64,000 bases of DNA, from assembly GCA_009914755.4 (NCBI GenBank), contig CP086569.2, positions 23,136,001 to 23,200,000 on the forward strand, written 5' to 3'. Positions 28,351 to 39,112 of this stretch are shown in pieces. The notes under the pieces are model-generated. The model saw only the letters and a list, made by a program, of their open reading frames with translations. It was not told the origin of the DNA and ran no database searches. Within the stretch, counting starts at the first letter, position 1, and each line of letters begins with the position of its first letter. A program made the position numbers and the translations under genes. The DNA is from the human T2T-CHM13v2.0 reference genome, Homo sapiens.

Positions 28351-29150
28351 GTGGTAGTCTTACACTGATGAAGCCATCAAAAGGGGAAGGAGAGGGGAAA
28401 ACAGCAGCATAAGCAGCTGGCAGAAGCAAGAAAGACCAGCAAAAAGGAAAGAGAGAAAGAGACAGAAAGTCAGCGAGAAAGAGAGAGACAAAGGAGTCAA
28501 AGAAAGAGACAAAGGGAAGTAGTAAAGAAAAAACAGTGGACCCTATTCCTTTAAAAGCCAGGGTAAATTTAAAACCTATCATTGATAATTGAAGGTCTTC
28601 TCCATTACCCTATAACACTCCAATACCATCTTGTTATCAGTGTAAACAAGGGCATAACCCAAAAGTACTAAGTCCACTGACAATCCATAGGCTTCCTATC
28701 AAAAATCCTTAACCCAGCAGTTTTCCTAACAGGGGATCTAAATCTTAATTAATTACCATACAAAGGTCTGATCAGACCTAGGAGGAACTCCCTTCAGGAC
28801 AGGACAAGAGATGGTTCCTCCCAGGCAATTAAGGGAAAAAGACACAATGGGTATTCAGTAAGTGATAAGGAAACTCCCGTAGAAGCGGAGTTAGGAAAAT
28901 TGCCTAATAATTGGTCTGCTGAAACATGTGGGCCGTTTGCACTCAGCCAAATGTTAAAGTACTTAACAGAATCAGGAAGGAGCCATCTATACCAATTCTA
29001 AGTTAATATGGACTGAATGAGGTCTTATTAATAGCAAAGAATAATTGAAATCCCAAACTTAAAAGGTTTTCAACAACAGTAAAATTTGCTAAAACTTAAC
29101 AGTATAATGTCTATTATCCTAACTTCTCATCTTGAGGAAATCAGACCCTA

Positions 29151-29343
29151 TTGGCACCACTCAAACCTCAAGTCCAACAGCACAGAGCCATACAACTAAT
29201 TACCCTATGTATAGGGTTAGGAATGGCTACTGCTACAGGAACTGGAATACCCAGTTTATCTACTTCATTATCCTACATTATCCTACTACACACACTTTCA
29301 AATGATTTATCAGATAGTTTGCAAGAAATAGTGAAATCTATTC
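29151..29343 (+). pseudogene. env: ERV9 env TM N-terminal remnant (fusion-peptide region)
   Basis: ORF 29151-29354 ..LITLCIGLGMATATGTGIPSLSTSLSYIILLHTLSNDLSDSLQEIVKS aligns by eye with gammaretroviral/HERV-W TM N-terminus. No SU-length ORF lies upstream of it. Confidence 0.55.
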
Positions 29344-29496
29344 TTACACATTAAAACAGTTGTGGGGGTTCCTTGGAATCACTGGCTGTTGCTAACTATG
29401 TATCCCTAGATACAGCGAGGTGACCAGATCATGCATACGCTAATCAAGGAGACCCAGAGGGCAAATACTCATCTAGTAGAAGAACCAGAGGCAGAA

Positions 29497-29578
29497 ACAC
29501 TCACTGCGAGGGTCCACAGCTTCATTCTTGAAGTCAGTGAGACCAAGAACCCACTGGAAGGAATACATTCCAGACACA
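29497..29578 (+). mobile_element. truncated 3' LTR12: only the last ~82 bp of U5 are present
   Basis: The string aacactcactgcgagggtccacagcttcattcttgaagtcagtgagaccaagaacccactggaaggaatacattccagacaca matches the last ~85 bp of the 5' LTR (23468-23551). U3 is absent. Confidence 0.75.
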
Positions 29579-29582
29579 CTAG

Positions 29583-30288
29583 GGCCATTAGAATCCTAGA
29601 AGAAAACCTTGGCAGTAGTATTCATGACATAGGCATGGGCAAAGACTTCATGTAGAAACACAAAAAGCAACGGCAACAAAAGACAAAATTGACAAATGGG
29701 ATCTAATTAAACTAAAGAGCTACTGCGCAGCAAAAGAAACTACCATCAGAGTAAACAGCCAACCTACAGAATGGGAGAAAATTTTTGCAATCTAACCATC
29801 TGACAATGGGCTAATATCCAGAATCTATGAAGAACTTAAACAAATTTACAAGAATAAAACAAACAACCCCATCAAAAAATGGGCAAAGGATATGAACAGA
29901 CACTACTCAAAAGAAGACATTTGTGCAGCCAACAGAAATATGAAAAAATACTCATCATCACTCGTCATGAGAGAAATGCAAATAAAAACCACAATGAGAT
30001 ACCATCTCACTCCAGTTAGAATGGCAATCATTAAAATGTCAGGAAACAACAGATCCTGGAGAGATTGTAGAAAAATAGGAATGCTTTTATGCTGTCAGTG
30101 GGAGTGTAAATTAGTTCAACCACTGTGGAAGGCCGTGTAGTGATTCCTCAAGTGTCTAGAATGGGAAATTCCATTTGACCCAGCAACCCCATTACTGGGC
30201 ATATACCAAAGGATTATAAATCATTCTGTGATAAAGACACATGCACATGTATGTTTATCGCAGCACTATTCACAATAGCAAAGACTTG
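29583..30288 (+). mobile_element. L1 ORF2 C-terminal fragment, right part of the L1 interrupted by ERV9, 3'-truncated at 30288
   Basis: It is contiguous in L1 coordinates with 22700-22818. ORF 29892-30140 (..[47 protein letters not shown]..) is L1 ORF2p C-terminus. L1 similarity stops at ..caatagcaaagacttg. Confidence 0.85.
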
Positions 30289-30413
30289 CACTCCCAAAAA
30301 AGAAGGGGAAGAAAGGAACCACACTGTCAAATCAGCAAGTAATCAGTAAGACCTTGGTCTGCACTCGAGGTCAACACGTTCTGGGGAAAGCTGGTTCAAG
30401 CTGCATTTTCATT

Positions 30414-31951
30414 ATGGGACAAAAGTTATCAGCACAGCAGAAACAGTATATAAAAGTATTGAAACAGTTGCTTATGACTAGCAGAGCTTCAATCTCACAG
30501 GTTCAATTAAAGAAATTAATATTAACTGTGGTCTCATATAATCCATGGTTCCCAGAAGAAGGAACACTAGATGTTGAACTGTGGGAATGAGTAGGAATGA
30601 ATCTTAAACAATATTATGCACAGGGGCATCAGGTCCCAGCATCAGCTTTAACATGACAGGCTTTACTAAGGATGGCTTTAGTCCCATTATACACAGAAGA
30701 ACATGAAAAGAAGGAGGGAGAAACATCACCTGCCTTATCGCCTCCTTTTCCCTCAGTCCCACTATCACTGGGCCAAAATAACAAAGATAAAATGGGAGGT
30801 TTGCCTAAGCCCCCTCGTACTATAATTGGAAAAAATGATACAAAATATGCTTCAGCTATGGGAACTTGTCTTAAACAAGTGGCATTAGAAGGAGAGTTCT
30901 TAGTCTGTGCAGTAAGGCAAGACTGAGAGGGTCATCAAGTACATGAACCCATTTCCTTTCACACTTACAAAGAACTAAGAAAAAGCATTAAAGAAAATGG
31001 ATCTGCTAGAACATTTACAAAAGGAATGATTGAGGCCTTAGCAGACCACTTCTGTATGGCCCAATGGGACTGGTCAATGCTGGGTAAAGCAACTCTGGAG
31101 CATAGCCCATTCCTCCTCTGGAAGGCAGAATATGACGAGTAGTGCAAACCACAAGCCAACCAGAATCAGGCAGCCAGGCAAAATATAACAGCTGATAAAC
31201 TCTGGGGGAGGGATCCTCATGCTGATGTACAAAAACAACTAAATTTTGATCCCCCGGCTTATGCTCAAGTGTCTTTGTGCACTCTCAGAGCTTGGGACCA
31301 AATTGCCAAGAGCAGAGTTTAGCAGGGGTCTTATGTAAATGTTTGACAAAGGCCTCATGAGCCATTCGTTGAGTTTATGGATTGGTTAACTCAGGCAATT
31401 AAGAGGCAAATTGGTCGCACCCAGGTCACTCCTATCTTATTTTTGCAATTGGCTTTTGAAAACGCTAATGCCAGCAGTCAATGCAGGCAATCAAGGGAAA
31501 GGCAAACAACATCGGGGAGATGATATAAGCGTGTCACTTGGTAGGAACTGAAACAAACAAGGCCAGAATATTAGCCATGACATTAAGACCTCCTAAAGTG
31601 AGAAGGGAGGGAAACCAAAATTGTTTTCTACGTGGAGTGAAAGGTCATGTGAAGAGGCAATGCCCCTATAGTGAAAACCAAGCTAACTCAGGGAAAGAAC
31701 CCTCTTCTATATGTCCCAGCTGTACGAAAGGGAAACATTGGGCAAATCAATGCAGGTCTAAATTTTATAAGAATGGCAAACTCATAGGAAATCACTTGGG
31801 AAACTTCATGAGGAGCCAGCCTCAGACCCCGCTCCCAACTGGGGCAATGCCAATGGCTTTCCTCAGTCAGCTGAAAAGCCCACAGTCCTCTCTCTCAGAG
31901 CAGCCACTACTGGGAGTACAGGACTGTACTTTCTCTGCCCCAATGAATTAG
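30414..31951 (+). pseudogene. gag: HERV-K-like gag (MA through NC), with stops and frameshifts
   Basis: The ATG lies at 30414 (MGQKLS..). ORFs 30354-30590, 30672-30926 and 31538-31951 form a gag-like series. A C-terminal zinc knuckle is intact (C-X2-C-X4-H-X4-C) and the first knuckle is degenerate. Confidence 0.7.
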
Positions 31952-32562
31952 TGCTAAAGGAGGGAGAAGGCCCTAAAAGGGTTGCAACTGGGATCCCTGG
32001 CCTGCTGCCTCTGGGAACAGTAGGATTAGTCCTGGGGCGGTCTAGCCTAACCAGTAAAGGAATGAATGTGCTCCCTGGGGTAATTGATAGTGATTACCAA
32101 GGTGAGATATTGGTTATGATGGAATGTAAAAGTCTGCATATTCTTCACCTTGGATCAAAAATAGCTTAGTTAAAGATTGTACCATACTGGGTCCCTAAGG
32201 CCCATGGGTAGGAAAGGGGAAAGGGAAGTTTTGGAAGCACAGGAGCTACAGGAGTGTATTGGAATCAATTAATCACTCTTCAGAGACCCAAGATTACCTT
32301 AAAAATTGGTAATAATAATTTTACTGGCTTATTGGACACAGGGGCAGACATTTCAATCATTAGTGATCAGAACTGGCCAGAAACTTGGCCTTGGGTGACT
32401 CAAAAACAGAAAATTGTCAGCACCAGGGATGCACACACTGCCAAACAGAGCATGCACCCCCAAACATACTGTGATTCAGAAGGAAGAAAGGCAGTTATAC
32501 AACCTCTGATCATGCCCATCCCTGTTAATCTTTGGGAAGGGGGCCTGTTAGCCCAATGGTGA
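31951..32562 (+). pseudogene. pro: HERV-K-like pro region (dUTPase-like segment and aspartic protease with an intact DTGAD)
   Basis: ORF 31951-32169 is ..GIPGLLPLGTVGLVLGRSSLTSKGMNVLPGVIDSDYQGEILVMM, comparable to HERV-K GRSS..KGI.V..GVIDSDYKGEI. ORF 32254-32562 carries ..LLDTGADISIISDQNWP...LWGRDLL-like LWEGGLLAQW. Confidence 0.7.
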
Positions 32563-32599
32563 GGGGGGTGCATTCTGCACACCCTTTTCTAACAATGGC

Positions 32600-35100
32600 C
32601 ACTGTTGTCATTCCTCCACTACCTCTGACTTGACTCTTCCAACATCTGTTCTGGGTAGAACAGTGGCCTCTGAAGGGAGAGAAATTACAGAGAACTCATG
32701 AGTTAGTTGGGGAGCAGTTAAAGGCTGGGCATCTTGAACATTCTACCAGCCCCTGGAATTCGCCTATCTTCCTCATTCTCAAAAAGTCTGGGAAATGGAG
32801 GCTTTTACATGACTTACATGATATTAATGCTAATTTACAGCCCATGGGGCCCCTTCAAAGAGCCTCCCTTGCCTTGCGGTGATTCCTGGAGATTGGCCTA
32901 TAATTGTTATTGGCTTAAAATATTGTCTTTATACCATTCCTCCAGCAGAACAGGAGAGAGAAATATTTGCATTTACAATAACAGCTATCAATAATGAAAA
33001 GCCAGCTTGTTGATTTCATTGGAAAATGTGTCCTCAAGGAATGCTAAATAGTCCTACCATGTATCAATATCATGTAAATCAAGCCTTGCTCCCTACTAGA
33101 AAAAAATTGCCTGACTGTAAAAATTATTCATCCTATGAATGATACTCTACTAGCAGCCCCAATGGAGCCAATACTTTTAAATTTGTTTACTTCTGTCCTA
33201 AAGAACACACAGCTGAGAAGTTTAGTAATTGCACTTGTAAATGTACAGATGTCCAGTGTCCTCTCCTTGGAAATACCTTGGATACCTGTTAACCTCCCAG
33301 TCAGTAAGACCTCAGAAGTTTAAACTAAGTACTAGCAGCGTATACACCTTAATGATTATCAGAAATTACTGGGTGATATTACCCGGCTCCATCCCATTTT
33401 GGGAATTCCTACTAATAAACTACAAAACCTGTATTCTATCTTAAAGGGCAATCCAGCTCTTGATTCTCCCAGATATTTAATCCCTGCAGCAAAAAGAGAA
33501 ATCAAGGAAATCAAGCAAGCCATCTCTCAGAGGCAGCTAGATCGCATTGATCTATGGTATTCAATTCAGTTTTTATCTTTCCCAACAAACACTCCCCTAC
33601 AGAGTTACTAGGACAAATGACCCCTGGGCTATGATTCCTACAATGGTTTTTTGCTCACATACTGAGGCTAAAACACTGTCTCCCTATACTCAGTTAATTA
33701 CTAAAATCATCTATTTAGGTCGCAAACATTGCAATCAATTACTAGGTTATGACTCTGATGTCATCAGGATCCCTTTAAATAAAAAGCAATTCGATGCAGC
33801 ATTAGCTTTGTCAATAGAGCTGCAAACAGCTTTCTCTGATTACACAGGGCAAATAGAGATTGTCCTCTCTACTGATAAACTCCTTGTTTTCTTATCTCAC
33901 ACTCTTATAATATTGCCTATAAAAATAATTTAGTCCCCCATGCATAATCCTTTAACACTGTTTACAGATGGGTCTGCTAAACATGGAAAAGCAGCAGCCT
34001 GGAGACCCCAGAATTCAATCACTCAATCTGGGTTTACTAGCACAGAGCTGCAATTGGGGCTCTGATTTTGGCCTTAGAAACTTTTTTCCACTCAGTCCAT
34101 AAATATAATTAGCGATTCTGCAAACTCTCTTAATTTATTACAAAAGTTTTAAACAGCACTGATTAAGTCCACTCTGGAGCCAGGCCTGTTTACTCTTTTC
34201 TTCTGACTTCAGCAATTGCTAGACCAATGCACACATCCTATTGTTATTACCCACATTCAAACCCACAGCTCACTGCCTGGTCCATTGGCTTATGGCAATG
34301 AGCAAGCAGAACTTCAGGTTATGACATCACTGCTAGACCAAGCCACCCAACTGCATCAATTTTACCATCAAAATTGGAGAAACTTATCTAAACAATTTCA
34401 ACTAGCCCAGAGACTGGCTAAACAGATTATCCTATAATTCCCAGATTGCCAGTTCACAGGCATGTCCCCTCCTTTTAGAGGTTTGAACCCTAGAGGATTG
34501 GAACCTAATCATTTGTGGCAAACAGATGTTACAGGCATTCCCTGAATTTGGGAAACTAAGAGATGTGCATGTATCCATTGATACCAACGCTCATTTAATG
34601 GAGAGCCTCAGTATGGAGAGCCTACTCAATATGTCATTAAACATCTTTTTTTAAGTTTTGCATTCATGGGGTGACCCACAAAAATTAAGACTGATAATGG
34701 TCCAGCTTATACCAGTTCACAATTTCAACAATTTTGTTGCAAGTGGAATATCCAACATTCCACAGGCATCCCACAAAACACCCAAGGACAGGCAATAGTA
34801 GAACGCACACACTTCACCCTTAAAAATATGCACAAAGAACAGAAGAAGGAGAATATAGATAAGGATGCTGCAACACTACTAGCACAAGACTTATTTACAA
34901 TTAATGTTTAAAATTTAGATGTCAAATTTCAATCAGCTGTAGAAAAGCACTTTGCTAAAACCTCTCAAGGCATAAAACCTGCAGTTTTACAGAAAGATGT
35001 AAACAGTAACAAATGGTGTGGTCCTAGAGAATTATTAACGTGGGTGTGAGGGTATGCTTGTGTTTGCTCCCCCTCAGGTCCTCTTTGGATTCCATCATGA
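32600..35100 (+). pseudogene. pol: HERV-K-like pol (RT/RNase H/integrase), heavily degenerate
   Basis: Only short ORFs remain, for example 33547-33933 and 34216-34437. Fragmentary RT/RNase H/IN similarity is visible (..FTDGSAKHGKAAAW.., ..KTDNGPAYTSSQFQQF..). Confidence 0.55.
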
Positions 35101-35190
35101 GGCATCAAACCATCCCATGGTGTAGCTAGGATCCAACCCAGTACCAGAATTGAAAGAGTTAACCCTGCAAGACCCACAGTTCCAGAGGAC

Positions 35191-36568
35191 ATGGCTTTGG
35201 CATACAACACAGCCCTGGACATTAGCTGGAGTACGCTGAAGAGGACAACTCAGGAGGCTGAACAAATCCTGCTCTGGACGCAGACACAATTTACTCCAGA
35301 TAATGTGTTTCTTGCTGTGCTTTCTATTGTACATTGTGACTCACATAGGGTATTGATACTTTTTATACTCTTGCTTTGTCTGCAATCTGTACCTTCTACA
35401 CTCTATTGGGCCCATATCTTAGGCCCACATTTTTTTCACCATGTCACCTGAGCAGACACTCCTTTCCCAGCCTAAAATAATGTGACTGCTTGGCAAGGAG
35501 GGATAGAATACCCCCAGTGGGGTCCCTCAATAATGGCACATATTGGACTAAGGTGCCAGATAACACTATATTTCACTCCACTGTCTTGCTACTGCCTATA
35601 AGTTATAAAGGTTCTAACCTTACTGTGAACCTGCCCAAAGACAAGTATGGCTACATCATGGCAAAGAAAAAGTCTTAACATTTTTAGCGGCAGGTAGCCT
35701 CAAACCAGACAATAAAATCCATGCTACTTTCCTAAATATCCCTTCTTGTGCTAAACAACAGAATTGAGGAAGTAATGGATTTCACTTTAGTTGGGAAGTC
35801 TGTCATGGGAAACAAGCCCATAGCCTCTGGTTGAGCAATTAAAACATCTTAGACTGGAGTCCTCATGGCCGATTGCAGGGCAGCCTTACAAATGTCTTTG
35901 TCTATCATAGCATTAATCACAGTTTCATAGCCATGTCTCCTTCCCCTATAATTTGGGCTGATGGGGGGCTGGGATATCCCTAGACCCCAAGAAAAGTCAA
36001 CGCCAACCCAAGGCACCTTATAGTGCCTGGGACATCTTAGCACCTCCCTTAACACCTGCCATGGGAGATATAATAATTCCAGTTGCAACTACACTATAGC
36101 CTTTATTCATATTCACACTGATCTGTGCCTGGTTTGCACTACTCATCCATATGTTTTCCTTATGGGAACTAACATTTCCATTACACCTGGAAACTCCACG
36201 TTTGTGAACTGGGTAAAGGGACAGGGTTGGTTTGCCTCATGTATCACTAGTCACAATATATCTAATTTAAAAACTTCTAGTGTCAAAGTATTAAGGAGAC
36301 AATCTGAGGCATTTGGACTAGTCAATTTGACACATGATTGGCAAGGTTCCTTTGCCCTTACTGCCTTAGAACGTGTCCTGTCCCAGGTCAGACACAAAAG
36401 ATTTATAGTTACATTATGGCCTTTATATTCTCAGCCATAGTTGATCTGGCAACTGCTAGCATTGCTGTTGCATCTATTGCTGAACCAGTACAAACAGCTG
36501 CTTTTGTAGATAATCTGGCCAAAAAGGTATCTAATGAACTTCTATTACAGCAAGGGAACAATATGTGA
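35191..36568 (+). pseudogene. env: HERV-K-like env (SU/TM), degenerate
   Basis: The position after pol fits env. ORF 36338-36568 contains a TM fusion-peptide-like IAVASIAEPVQTAAFVDNLAKKVSNELLLQQ, comparable to HERV-K [30 protein letters not shown]. Confidence 0.55.
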
Positions 36569-37065
36569 GAGAGCAACAAGATGCACTAGCATTCTCTCAA
36601 CAGTAAAACTGTGACTGGGAACATAAGCATACCTGTGTCACTTCTCTACCATGAAATCAATCAATGCATAGCTGGGATGAGGTGAAACAATACCTCTGGG
36701 GAATCTTTCATAACAATTTAACAGCAGACGTGAAGCAACTTAAGACTAAATTTTTAGAATCCATTCACACCATAGATCTGCACACCCAATATACAGTCAC
36801 ATGGAAGGGTGTATAAGTTCATCTCTCCTAATTAGACCCTCACTGGGGGGGGTCTCCTAGTTAGAGCATGACTGGGGGGTCACCCTTTGACTAGAAAATA
36901 ATGTTGCTAAATATGCTCATGTTTGTCTTATGTTATTTGCTAATCCTAGGATGAAAAGTCTTCCGGAATAAGAGCAGAGACCGCCTCATCTGAAAATCCT
37001 GTGGCTGCCCATATCTGCATTCTGCAATCAAAAACCCTAATAAAGAAAGAAAAAAAATGGGAAAA

Positions 37066-37627
37066 TGTTGGGATTCACTCAGGATGGTGGCAGAAATATT
37101 AAAGGGAAATATTAGGGAAAGATCTAGGGAATAGTCACAAAACTTTTGGAAGGCTAAAAGGTTACGTAGCTTGTAATTGAACAGGCTGAAGGCAGCCAGT
37201 TCTTCCCTTAGAACATTAGGTCATAGGGTAAATATAAGAGACAATAGGGGCTTCCCTAGTTAAGTCTGTTTATCTTACCTCCATTAACTAACTTTTTAGC
37301 CAGAAGGCCCTCTCAGGAGGTCGACCAAGAATATTTTCCCGAATGGTATTCACTTTAGACCAGGGTACCTGAGCTTTAATTATTCATAGAACTACTGTCT
37401 TAACCATGTTCATTATCCTCAAGCGTATTTCCACAAAGCTTCTGTTTGTAATTGCTTACTAAATAAATGCCTGGAGTGCCTGCTGCTTAGGGCCGGCCAC
37501 AGTGAGAAACCTCTTTTAGTGTGCAGGCAGTTGGACACAGCAGGACTGGCAAAACAGAATATCTGTGTGTCAGTTTACATTTTATTCATCCATCATTTGG
37601 GTCAGGGTCCACGGGCAGACCCCTGCA
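37066..37627 (+). mobile_element. probable 3' LTR of the HERV-K-like provirus; the 3' boundary is uncertain
   Basis: A polypurine tract aaagaaagaaaaaaaatggg is immediately followed by tgttgggattcac.. (a TG start). aataaatgcc lies about 360 bp in. The proposed end ..gcagacccctgca resembles HERV-K LTR ends (..ccccTACA). There is no 5' LTR to compare against. Confidence 0.4.
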
Positions 37628-39059
37628 GCTAATGCCCTTGTGTGAGGAGAAATACCGCAGTTAGGAAACTCAAACTACTGGTAGTTCAACTCAGGGTAGT
37701 TGAGTTTGAGTCCCACTAAGTTAGAGAGAGTAGACAAAAATCTTTGGCTTCCTATTGAAATTGCAGAAAGAATACACTTTAGGAAGAAAATCTATATGCC
37801 AGGAATAAAGAATTCACATGAGAATAAGGATAAAATCCGAACAGTCTCATCCTAATAAAGTATAAGACAAAGGTTGTACAACATCAGTATGAGTAGCCAA
37901 CAATTTCTAATAGAACAAATGCTATCCTTCTTCAGAGAAAGAAAACAAATCCATTCTCTAAACATGCAACTGCAGTTCACAGATAAATGTTATTAGGCGT
38001 ATAAAGAAACAGGAGCATATTGACATAGGAGAGATAAATAAGAAGTCAGACTCCTCCATCACCCAGATACTGGAATTAACACACCAGGACCTTAAAACTG
38101 TTCTTTAAAATGGTTCAAGGACTTAACAGAAAAGATAAAAAGGCTGTATTAGCAGAGGTAATTCAACATCTGAGAAATTTAAAAAGTGGGTGTTTTTAGC
38201 AAGACTTGGAGAAGAAAATAAAGTCAGTGTTCAAGAATGTGGTAGGCAGTATGGCTTCTAGATGCTAAAAACAATAAAGGCAACAGACTATATGCTAAAA
38301 ACAATAAAGGCAACTGGTAGAGACTGTAGAAGAAATTCCGCCTTGCCTAAACCTTCATTATAGTTTACTGAACCCATTTCAGTCTTCTGACACCCAGAAC
38401 TGTGAGAAAATACAGGGTAATCTAAGACCTGAAGAAGAAGAAAGTGTCAGCTCTGAAAAAGACTAACAGAAAATGGCATGGGCAAAAGCAAAGGGGAAAA
38501 GCTCTGAACCAAGACAGAGCTTGAAAACATGGGCAACTTGAATGAAATATTATTGACTCTGGAATAAGGGGGTGGGCCTGAGATATGAGGGTGGAGCATT
38601 GGACAGGAGCCACATCATGAGGGCCTTGTGGATGCTAGTAAAGCAAGTAGTTACTTTCTGAGACATATCCTCCACACACATCCCTTAAGAAGAGTGACTT
38701 AATGTAGTGTATATTCTTTTGAAAAGGGAGTATTATAAAGAATAAGTTTGAGAAGGCAAAACTGAGTAGGTGTTAAACTTTAGGGAAGCTATTGCAGTAG
38801 ATGAAGCAAAATATAATAGTGGCTTGGATTTACAGTGGATATGGAAAGCACAGCATAGTCTGATTGGAAATATTAAACTAAATTTAGCAGAACTTAATTT
38901 AGATTTGATGTAAAGTTTTAAGAAAGGAAGAAATTTAGGATAAACCTTTGGTGTTTTGTCTTGATTGGTTGATAGTGGCTTACAGATACTTAGCAATGAA
39001 TACCACTGTTAATAAAAGACTCAGTTAGAAACTGATGCTGGGACTGCCTGAATGCAAAG

Positions 39060-39112
39060 CTCTTGTGTTTTTGTTTGTTTGTTTTTTGTTTTTGTTTTGT
39101 TTTGTTTTACTA
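39060..39112. repeat. (GTTTT)n/(GTTT)n microsatellite
   Basis: The run gtttttgtttgtttgttttttgtttttgttttgttttgtttt is read directly. Confidence 0.85.

Larger units (their letters stand above)
22819..29578 (+). mobile_element. ERV9 (HERV-9, class I gammaretrovirus-like) provirus. It has a 5' LTR12, tRNA-Arg-type PBS, leader repeats, gag-pro-pol and an env TM remnant. Its 3' LTR is truncated and its 3' end is rearranged.
   Basis: LTR12-type U3 with tandem CCAAT-containing repeats is present. gag MA/CA/NC, RT (LDLKDAFF, QLTWTVLPQ) and RNase H translations are visible on the + strand. A 4-bp direct repeat CTAG lies at 22815-22818 and 29579-29582. Confidence 0.8.
30289..37627 (+). mobile_element. 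HERV-K-supergroup (class II, betaretrovirus-like) provirus: leader, gag-pro-pol-env and a 3' LTR. The 5' LTR and PBS are missing. All genes are degenerate.
   Basis: gag starts MGQKLSAQQKQYIKVLKQLL..NPWFPEEGTLDVELWE, like HERV-K MGQTKS..CPWFPEQGTLD. A CCHC knuckle CPSCTKGKHWANQCRSKF, a protease LLDTGADISIISDQNWP and an RNase H/IN YTDGS-like FTDGSAKHGKAAAW are present. An env TM fusion region ..IAVASIAEPVQTAAFVDNLAKK.. is also present. Confidence 0.75.

Noticed and set aside
37628-39050. Sequence downstream of the HERV-K-like 3' LTR with a 25-bp local duplication (tgctaaaaacaataaaggcaac x2 at 38262-38310), considered as possible continuation of the LTR or another element
   Set aside because: I cannot recognise the family. 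It may be an old repeat or a still-unterminated LTR. I left it unannotated rather than guess. Because of this the 3' LTR end coordinate is low-confidence.
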